From NCBI GenBank assembly GCA_964450885.1, contig CAYVFE010000002.1:15192-79191 (forward strand): a DNA stretch of 64,000 nucleotides, written 5' to 3'. Shown here one piece after another: positions 37,822-44,829 of this stretch (positions are counted from its first letter, which is position 1; every line of letters begins with the position of its first letter). The position numbers were made by a program, and so were the translations under genes. This DNA comes from an uncultured Gammaproteobacteria bacterium. GTDB taxonomy: Bacteria; Patescibacteriota; Microgenomatia; Levybacterales; GWA1-39-11. The notes under the pieces are model-generated. The model ran no database searches. It worked only from the letters and a program-made list of their open reading frames with translations, and was not told the origin of the DNA.

Positions 37822-37870
37822 CTTCATTGTCTAGGTTATTTTATTCTGGTAAAATACGAATGCTTTAAAA

Positions 37871-37969
37871 GTCAAAAAGCATCAGCTTTTTGAAGCAAGG
37901 AGGATGAGGATAAATGTTGAAGAATTTATCTCTGGTAAATTCGAAAACGATATCCTGCATCCGACGCAA
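37871..37969 (+). repeat. tRNA-leader structured element, copy B (5' of tRNA-Val GAC)
   Basis: GTCAAAAAGC-atca-GCTTTTTGAAGCAAGGAGGATGAGGATAAATGTTGAAGAATTTA-tctctgg-TAAATTCGAAAACGATATCCTGCATCCGACGCAAG then the tRNA. Confidence 0.6.
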
Positions 37970-38043
37970 GGACGGTTAGCTCAGTTGGTTAGAGCGTCGC
38001 ATTGACATTGCGGAGGCCACTGGTTCGAATCCAGTATCGTCCA
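37970..38043 (+). tRNA. tRNA-Val (anticodon GAC)
   Basis: GGACGGTTAGCTCAGTTGGTTAGAGCGTCGCATTGACATTGCGGAGGCCACTGGTTCGAATCCAGTATCGTCCA. Confidence 0.75.
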
Positions 38044-38100
38044 CTAAAGCAGTCTGAGCGTCGTGCCCCAAGGGCACTTGCCGACACTCGGTGGCGCATA

Positions 38101-38141
38101 CACATTGCGGAGGCCATAGGCATCGATCCAGTATCGTCCAC
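38101..38141 (+). pseudogene. Degenerate duplicate of the 3' half of tRNA-Val(GAC)
   Basis: CACATTGCGGAGGCCATAGGCATCGATCCAGTATCGTCCAC versus the tRNA's GACATTGCGGAGGCCACTGGTTCGAATCCAGTATCGTCCAC. T-loop destroyed, acceptor 3' strand identical. Confidence 0.5.
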
Positions 38142-38163
38142 AAGTGTTTGATATACTAGAATC

Positions 38164-38736
38164 ATGACCCGAGATGGCGCATATCAAACACTCACCGTAT
38201 ACGTACAGTCCCAAAACCTCATAAGGCATCACCTAGCTACAGAGGTTGCAATGCGCTCACTTGCGCAGCACTTATCAAAATCAAAGAATCAACTACTGGA
38301 CATAGAGAAGTGGGGAATAACAGGCCTATTACATGATGCTGACTATGAACTGACAAGAAAGACTCCAGAAAAGCACACCTTGTATCTTGAGGAAAAGCTC
38401 GGAGAGCAAATCCCGAAAGACATAATGTATGCTATAAAGGCGCATAACTATGCTTACACTAAAATCGAACCAACGAGTCTCATGGATTGGGCGCTTTATA
38501 CATGTGATGAGCTGACAGGATTTATAGTTGCTTGCACACTCGTCCTCACGGATAAAAAAATCAAGAGTCTATCTACCGATTTCGTACTAAATAAGATGAA
38601 TGATAATGCATTCGCAAAAAGCGTGAACCGTGAACAGATAAAACTTTGCGAGAAAAGTCTGGGAATTCCTCTTTCCGAGTTCATTATGATAGTCCTTAGC
38701 TCAATGCAGGCTATTGATACTACGCTTGGACTTTAG
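38164..38736 (+). CDS. HD-domain phosphohydrolase
   Basis: HD motif region (ITGLLHDADYE) and additional His/Asp residues. 190 aa. Confidence 0.55.
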   Translation: MTRDGAYQTLTVYVQSQNLIRHHLATEVAMRSLAQHLSKSKNQLLDIEKWGITGLLHDADYELTRKTPEKHTLYLEEKLGEQIPKDIMYAIKAHNYAYTKIEPTSLMDWALYTCDELTGFIVACTLVLTDKKIKSLSTDFVLNKMNDNAFAKSVNREQIKLCEKSLGIPLSEFIMIVLSSMQAIDTTLGL

Positions 38737-38749
38737 GTAAAATGAATCT

Positions 38750-38980
38750 ATGACACAGCCGAAAGATAAATCGACAGAGATATACCATAAAAAACTATCA
38801 GAAATACTTATCCATAATTTTTTTGCTGGAATCATGTGGGGTCTTGGAGTCACGATAGGAGCGGCTATCGTTCTAGCATTTGGAGGTTTTATTCTCTCAA
38901 AAATCAATCTGATTCCATTCATCGGTGAGTATGTGAAGGAGATTGCCGAATATGTCCAAGACGCTAGCCCCAGATTGTGA
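38750..38980 (+). CDS. Small hypothetical membrane protein (76 aa)
   Basis: One or two TM helices (FFAGIMWGLGVTIGAAIVLAFGGFILS). Confidence 0.35.
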   Translation: MTQPKDKSTEIYHKKLSEILIHNFFAGIMWGLGVTIGAAIVLAFGGFILSKINLIPFIGEYVKEIAEYVQDASPRL

Positions 38981-38997
38981 TACAATACTAACCTCAA

Positions 38998-40239
38998 ATG
39001 GATTCAAATCTAAAAGACCACAAACAAATAGGACAGGAACAGGAATTATTTTTTACGAATGAAATAGCACCTGGAGCTCCATTCTGGCTTCCAAATGGCA
39101 TGATAATCTTTAAAGAGCTTGAGAAATATATCCGTGAGATAACTACCGAAAATGGATATCTTGAAACCTCAACTCCTATCATGGTGAAGACAGATCTATT
39201 CAAACAGTCTGGTCATTGGGACAAATTCGGCGAGAACAATATGTATAACCTTGAACTGAAAGATGACGAAGCAGATTCTCACCCGCAAAGCTTCACCCTA
39301 AAACCCATGAACTGTCCTGAATCGACAGTCCTGTATCGCTTTAGGCCACGAAGCTACAGAGAACTTCCACTTCGCCTGTCTGAGATAGGAAGACTTCACA
39401 GACGCGAAAAATCCGGAGAAGTGAATGGGCTGCTTCGAGTAAGACAGATTACTATGGATGATGCACATATATTTGCTGCTGAAGAACAGATATTTGACGA
39501 AATCGACAACATTTTAAAGATGATGATGGAGTTTTATGATAAATTGGGGTTCGAGTATGACTTTCGGCTGGCAACACGTCCTGAGATGTATGCCGGAACT
39601 ACAGAAAATTGGAGTAGGGCTGAAAAAGATCTGGAGGAAGCATTGAAGAAAAACAATCTCAAATATAGCATCAAGGATCAGGATGGGGCTTTCTATGGGC
39701 CCAAAATTGACGTCCACATAAAAGATTCTCTGGGACGCGAATGGCAGCTTGCAACAGTACAGCTAGACTTCCATCAGCCAGAAGCATTTGATCTGAAATA
39801 TATCGATAACGACGGCGCTGAAAAGCGTCCTGTCATGATTCATCGAGCCATCACCGGATCATTCGAAAGATTCATAGGGATCATGACCGAACACTTCCAA
39901 GGAGCGTTCCCTGTCTTTTTATCACCTATTCAAGCCGTAATAGTTCCCATTTCCGAAAAACAGAATGAATATGCCAAAAAGATCGAGGATGAACTCAAAA
40001 AAGCAGGTATCAGAGTGAAATTAGATGCCCGAAATGATACAATGCAAGGGAAAATACGAGAGGCTACTTTACAAAAAGTACCCTTAATCTGTATAATAGG
40101 CGGTCAGGAAGAAAAAGAGGCAAACGAAAGCAACGATTTGATAGTAACGGCAAGACACAGAGACGGACAGCAAGAGAAAAGTGTATCCCTGAAATCTCTT
40201 ATCGAGAAAGTTAAAAAAGACATTGAGAAAAAGAACTAA
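38998..40239 (+). CDS. thrS: Threonine--tRNA ligase, catalytic plus anticodon-binding domains only (no N-terminal TGS/editing region)
   Basis: Starts at the class II core (DHKQIGQEQELFF...APGAPFWLPNGM). Motif 2 region RLSEIGRLHRREKSGEVNGLLRVRQITMDDAHIF. Followed by infC-rpmI-rplT as in canonical operons. 413 aa versus about 640 typical. Confidence 0.8.
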   Translation: MDSNLKDHKQIGQEQELFFTNEIAPGAPFWLPNGMIIFKELEKYIREITTENGYLETSTPIMVKTDLFKQSGHWDKFGENNMYNLELKDDEADSHPQSFTLKPMNCPESTVLYRFRPRSYRELPLRLSEIGRLHRREKSGEVNGLLRVRQITMDDAHIFAAEEQIFDEIDNILKMMMEFYDKLGFEYDFRLATRPEMYAGTTENWSRAEKDLEEALKKNNLKYSIKDQDGAFYGPKIDVHIKDSLGREWQLATVQLDFHQPEAFDLKYIDNDGAEKRPVMIHRAITGSFERFIGIMTEHFQGAFPVFLSPIQAVIVPISEKQNEYAKKIEDELKKAGIRVKLDARNDTMQGKIREATLQKVPLICIIGGQEEKEANESNDLIVTARHRDGQQEKSVSLKSLIEKVKKDIEKKN

Positions 40240-40756
40240 CACACAGAACAAGCTGCCCTTCTATAGGAAGAATAATCAGATTAGGGCACAGGAGGTAAGA
40301 CTTATCGATAATGAAGATAAGCAAATAGGGATAATGAGTCTTAGCGATGCTTTTAAGCTTGCTCAGGAAAAAGAATTGGATTTGGTAGAAATCGCACCAT
40401 CGGCAAAGCCGCCGGTAGTAAAAATCATAGATTTCTCTAAATTTATATACTATCTGAACAAGAAGAAAAAAGAAGAAAAGAAAAACACTAAGACGTCACA
40501 GACAAAGCAGATAAGGTTCGGACCATTTATCGGGGAACACGATCTGGACATAAAACTAAAAAAGGCACGTGGATTTTTGGATGATGGCGATAAAGTAAAA
40601 TTTGCGGTAAAATTTGCAGGCCGCCAAATAACGAAGAAGGAATTAGGAGAGCAGGTGCTAAATAAGGTCTTACAAAGCCTTGACGATGTGGCAAAGGCTG
40701 AAAAAGAGATGAGGATGGAAGGACGACAACTAGTCGTAATATTAACAAAAAAATAA
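40223..40756 (+). CDS. infC: Translation initiation factor IF-3
   Basis: IRAQEVRLIDNEDKQIGIMSLSDAFKLAQEKELDLVEIAP... matches IF-3 N and C domains. Start codon uncertain (infC commonly uses non-ATG starts). Confidence 0.8.
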   Translation: MRKRTNTQNKLPFYRKNNQIRAQEVRLIDNEDKQIGIMSLSDAFKLAQEKELDLVEIAPSAKPPVVKIIDFSKFIYYLNKKKKEEKKNTKTSQTKQIRFGPFIGEHDLDIKLKKARGFLDDGDKVKFAVKFAGRQITKKELGEQVLNKVLQSLDDVAKAEKEMRMEGRQLVVILTKK

Positions 40757-40758
40757 AT

Positions 40759-40962
40759 ATGGCAAAAAATAAGATAAAAGTTAAAAAGTCAGTAAGTAAC
40801 CGTTTTAGGGTAACTAAAAAGGGTAAGGTAATGCGTGGAAGCAAAGGGCTTTCGCATTTGCGCTCAAAAAATTCAAAAAGGAAATTGAGACGGATGACTG
40901 AACCAAAGCAGCTAGAAGGAAAATTCGCTAAGAAAGTAAAACAGATGCTGACAGCAGCATAA
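40759..40962 (+). CDS. rpmI: 50S ribosomal protein L35
   Basis: 67 aa basic protein MAKNKIKVKKSVSNRFRVTKKGKVMRGSKG... in the infC-rpmI-rplT context. Confidence 0.8.
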   Translation: MAKNKIKVKKSVSNRFRVTKKGKVMRGSKGLSHLRSKNSKRKLRRMTEPKQLEGKFAKKVKQMLTAA

Positions 40963-40968
40963 TATAAT

Positions 40969-41319
40969 ATGGCAAGAGTAAAAAGAGGGACAGTGTCCCG
41001 ACAAAAACACAAAAAAGTACTGGGTCTTGCAAAGGGCTATAGAGGAACACGAAGCAAACTCATAAAGACGGCACAGGAGGCGGTTTTGCATGCTGACGCA
41101 TATGCTTTCCATGGAAGAAAGAGAAAGAAGCGCGACATAAGACGTCTCTGGATCACCAGAATAAGCGGCGCACTAGAGGAAAAAGGACATTCATACAGTA
41201 AGTTCATAAATGCTCTCAAAGTAAGCAAGATAGAAATAGACAGAAAAATAATGGCGAAAATCATTTCTGACGATCCAAAAACCTTTGGACAGATAGTCGA
41301 TAAAGTCTTCGGAAAATAA
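40969..41319 (+). CDS. rplT: 50S ribosomal protein L20
   Basis: MARVKRGTVSRQKHKKVLGLAKGYRGTRSKL... is the canonical L20 N-terminus. Confidence 0.85.
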   Translation: MARVKRGTVSRQKHKKVLGLAKGYRGTRSKLIKTAQEAVLHADAYAFHGRKRKKRDIRRLWITRISGALEEKGHSYSKFINALKVSKIEIDRKIMAKIISDDPKTFGQIVDKVFGK

Positions 41320-41365
41320 TCAGCTTCTCTTTTTTTTCTCCCTCAGGCGTGTATAATACATATAC

Positions 41366-42412
41366 GTGGAAGAGGAATTATTAAATATCAAAAACGATGC
41401 AGGAGCGCTCATTATGGACGCGCAGAGTCTTTCGGAAGTGAATCAAATTTATATTGCCTTTCTGGGACGAAATGGAAAGCTCACGAATGAGCTTAAAAAT
41501 CTCAAAAAAGTACCTATCGAAAAACGTCCTGAAGTGGGCATGCTTGCGAACGAAATAAAAAATACCATTGAAATACTGATTTCCGATAAGAAAAAATCTC
41601 TTAAAGAAGGAAAGCATGAGCAACGGACGCAAAAGCTTGACATCACCAGGCCCGCATTGCTTCCGGAGCTAGGATCGCTGCATCTTGTGACCCAAGCCAT
41701 AAAGGAGATCTCCCAAGTGTTTGAAAGTATCGGATTCGAGCGTGTGCGTCATCCCGAAGTCGAGTGGGACTGGTATGCGTTCGAGGCGTTAAATTTTCCC
41801 GAGGATCATCCTGCAAGAGACGACTGGGAAACGTTTTTTATAGACGAAAAACCGGATCCTAAAATGGGCCCTATGATTCTCACTCCACACACTTCATCTG
41901 GTCAGGTAAGAGAAATGCTCGAGAAGGCGAAGGGGCAGGGTACTTCAATAAGGATGTTGAATCTCGCCAAATGTTATAGGCGTCAATCTGACGTCTCACA
42001 CACCGAGATGTTCCACCAATTCGAAGGGCTTGTAGTAGACGAGAATATAAATATCGGACACCTCAAGGGAGTACTTGAGTATTTCGTCAAATCTTACTTT
42101 GGAGAAAACCGAACTTCAAGGATCAGACCCTACCAATTCCAGTTCACTGAGCCGTCATTTGAGATAGATATAAGCTGCGGAATCTGCAACGGCAAAGGGT
42201 GTAAATTGTGCAAAGAAGGGTGGCTTGAGATAGGAGGAGCTGGCATGGTGCATCCAAATGTCCTGAAAGCAGGCAGAATAGATCCTGAAAAATATAGCGG
42301 GTTTGCATTCGGATGGGGAGTCGAAAGGGTTCTGATGATGAAAGAGGGCCTTAATCTACCTGACTTGAGGCTGATTTATTCAAACCGGATAGAGTTTCTC
42401 AAACAATTTTAA
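41366..42412 (+). CDS. pheS: Phenylalanine--tRNA ligase alpha subunit
   Basis: Class II motifs (FRRQSDVSHTEMFHQFEGLVVDE, GAGMVHPNVL, FGWGVERV). GTG start. Confidence 0.9.
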   Translation: MEEELLNIKNDAGALIMDAQSLSEVNQIYIAFLGRNGKLTNELKNLKKVPIEKRPEVGMLANEIKNTIEILISDKKKSLKEGKHEQRTQKLDITRPALLPELGSLHLVTQAIKEISQVFESIGFERVRHPEVEWDWYAFEALNFPEDHPARDDWETFFIDEKPDPKMGPMILTPHTSSGQVREMLEKAKGQGTSIRMLNLAKCYRRQSDVSHTEMFHQFEGLVVDENINIGHLKGVLEYFVKSYFGENRTSRIRPYQFQFTEPSFEIDISCGICNGKGCKLCKEGWLEIGGAGMVHPNVLKAGRIDPEKYSGFAFGWGVERVLMMKEGLNLPDLRLIYSNRIEFLKQF

Positions 42413-42414
42413 TC

Positions 42415-44364
42415 ATGAATATACAAATACTGGATAGCAATTTACGTGAACATATAAATACTCAGGCAAAGCCTTCCGAGATATCAAAGATTTTGTCCTT
42501 AACCAGTGTATCTGTCGAAAGGCTCGAAAAACTTCCCAACGACTATCTCTACGACATCGAAGTTACTACAAATAGAGTTGACCTCATGTCTGTCATAGGA
42601 ATCGCCCGAGAGCTAGACGCAGCCCTTTCTCAAAACGGAATAAAGTCACAGTTTATCGAAAAGAAATATCCTCCTCTCAAATCAGGGAAAAATGACCTTC
42701 TGGACATACAGATAGACAAAAGACTAGTAAATAGGGTTAGTGCTGCAATAATTGATGTAAAAACTGGAGAATCTCCAGCATTTATGACAGAGATGCTGGA
42801 AAAAAGCGGGATCCGACCTCTTTCAAATCTTATTGATATCACAAACTTTATCATGCGTGAAGTCGGCCACCCTGCACACATCTTCGATTATGACAGGTTA
42901 AATGGGCAGAAAATAATTATCCGTGAATCGGAAAAAGGAGAAACGATAACAACCCTCGATGGCAAGACCCACATCCTAAAAGGAGGAGATATCATAGCAA
43001 CCGACCAAAATGGCAGAATCATAGACCTTTTGGGAATAATGGGGCTTGAAAACAGCGTCGTCACTGACGATACGACTAGGGCCGTACTGTTTTTTGATAA
43101 TAATAACCCTAAAAAAATCAGAAAGACCTCAATGGGTCTTGGTATCCGCACAGAAGCCGCGGTTCTTAACGAGAAGAATGTAGATCCGGAGCTTATTACA
43201 ACCACCATGCAACGCGGCATCGAGCTTTATGAAAAATATGCTGGAGGAAAAGTGGTCGGAAATATCATAGATATCTATCCGTCAAAACCCGAGGCAAAAA
43301 GAATAAACGTAAGAAAATCAAGAATCTCTCAGATAATAGGCGTAGACATAGACGATAAAACTATCACTCAGATACTTGAAAAGCTTTCATTTAAAGTGGC
43401 TGACGGGAAAGATACGATTACGGTAATTCCCCCCTCCTTTAGGGCATCTGACGTCGATATCGAAGAGGACGTAATCGAGGAAATCGCCAGAATCTACGGA
43501 TATCACAAAATACCAAATAGTCTTCCACCTATAAATTATAAATCTCCAAATAACATAAAGAGTGGCTTTTTCTACTGGGAAAACCGCGTAAAGGATGCGA
43601 TGAAATACTGGGGATTTAACGAAGTATATACGTATTCTATGGTCGCAGAAAGCCTATTTGAAGGACCACTTACTACTGCTTTAAAAATCGCAAACCCTCT
43701 TTCTGAGGATCATGCCTACATGAGAGCGACGTTGGTCCCAAGTCTTCTTGAGGTTACTGAGAATAACTACACTGAGGAGATAAGGCTCTTTGAGATAGCA
43801 AATGTCTATAAAAAAAGGAGCGGTAATCTTCCTGATGAGATACCACATCTTGCAGCGGTGATAAAAAAAAGCAGTGAAGATATATTCTTTGAAGCAAAGG
43901 GGATTCTGGTTGGAATCTTCGAAGATCTAGGCATAAAAAATTATAACTTTAAAAAACGCGATGAGGGTGGAGCAGGCGCTGACGTATTTGTAGACACCGT
44001 AAAAATTGGTGACATAGAACTTTTGGAGCAGGATCTGGTAAATTTTGAGATAAATTTTCAACTACTTTCCCAAAAGGCTACTGATAAAAAGGTATTCAAG
44101 CCAATCCCTCTATATCCTCCTATAATCGAGGATATTAGGATAGAGGTAAAACCCGAAATAGAGTATCAGAAAATAATAGACACGATCTACGGATCGAGTG
44201 AAATCGTAAATAACGCAGTACTCATAGATGAGTATGAGAACAAAAAAACATTCAGAATAAGCTTTCAGGACGAAAGAAAAAGCCTTTCCAGTGTCGATGT
44301 GACACCAATAAGAGAAAAACTTATAGAAGACCTCAGATCAAAGCTCAAAGCCAAGATAGGATAA
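42415..44364 (+). CDS. pheT: Phenylalanine--tRNA ligase beta subunit (short form, 649 aa)
   Basis: Immediately follows pheS. B3/B4 and B5 region similarities, C-terminal FDX-ACB-like end. Shorter than the about 800 aa typical bacterial PheT. Confidence 0.8.
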   Translation: MNIQILDSNLREHINTQAKPSEISKILSLTSVSVERLEKLPNDYLYDIEVTTNRVDLMSVIGIARELDAALSQNGIKSQFIEKKYPPLKSGKNDLLDIQIDKRLVNRVSAAIIDVKTGESPAFMTEMLEKSGIRPLSNLIDITNFIMREVGHPAHIFDYDRLNGQKIIIRESEKGETITTLDGKTHILKGGDIIATDQNGRIIDLLGIMGLENSVVTDDTTRAVLFFDNNNPKKIRKTSMGLGIRTEAAVLNEKNVDPELITTTMQRGIELYEKYAGGKVVGNIIDIYPSKPEAKRINVRKSRISQIIGVDIDDKTITQILEKLSFKVADGKDTITVIPPSFRASDVDIEEDVIEEIARIYGYHKIPNSLPPINYKSPNNIKSGFFYWENRVKDAMKYWGFNEVYTYSMVAESLFEGPLTTALKIANPLSEDHAYMRATLVPSLLEVTENNYTEEIRLFEIANVYKKRSGNLPDEIPHLAAVIKKSSEDIFFEAKGILVGIFEDLGIKNYNFKKRDEGGAGADVFVDTVKIGDIELLEQDLVNFEINFQLLSQKATDKKVFKPIPLYPPIIEDIRIEVKPEIEYQKIIDTIYGSSEIVNNAVLIDEYENKKTFRISFQDERKSLSSVDVTPIREKLIEDLRSKLKAKIG

Positions 44365-44829
44365 ATGAATATTCTTGCAACCCTGGTCTATGTCCAGAAG
44401 GACGATAAGACGCTTATGATCCTTCCAGGCCCGCATAAACACGATCTCTATAAAGGGAAATGGAATGGTCTGGGTGGAAAACTTGACCCGGAAGAAACCC
44501 CAGAACAGTGCGCGATACGTGAGGTCAAAGAGGAATCAGGGCTAAAGCCCGCCAAACTAAAACTCGCAGGAATCCTGACATTTCCGAAAGTCGATCGCGA
44601 GAATAACTGGTACACATTCGTGTATACTTGCAGCGAATTTACAGGTAGGCTCAAAGAGTCAACAGAGGGGAAGCTCAAATGGTGCCAAACAGACAAACTG
44701 CTCGAACTAAATCTCTGGGAGGGAGACTACATATTTCTACCGTGGATATTTGAGAGAAAATTGTTCTCCGCAAAATTCATCTACGATGAAGGGAAACTAC
44801 TATCTCACGAAGTTGTCTTTCACAGTTAG
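44365..44829 (+). CDS. NUDIX hydrolase (MutT/8-oxo-dGTPase-like)
   Basis: Nudix box GGKLDPEETPEQCAIREVKEESGL. Confidence 0.65.
   Translation: MNILATLVYVQKDDKTLMILPGPHKHDLYKGKWNGLGGKLDPEETPEQCAIREVKEESGLKPAKLKLAGILTFPKVDRENNWYTFVYTCSEFTGRLKESTEGKLKWCQTDKLLELNLWEGDYIFLPWIFERKLFSAKFIYDEGKLLSHEVVFHS

Noticed and set aside
27884-37969. Possibility that the five repeated elements form a CRISPR array
   Set aside because: The copies are dispersed over 10 kb, on both strands and with variable internal sequence. They are not regularly spaced repeat-spacer units, and no cas genes are present.
38044-38145. Integrated mobile element delimited by the tRNA-Val 3'-half duplication
   Set aside because: The direct repeats are only about 55 bp apart with no coding capacity between them. 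At most a scar, so reported as a finding and not as a mobile_element feature.
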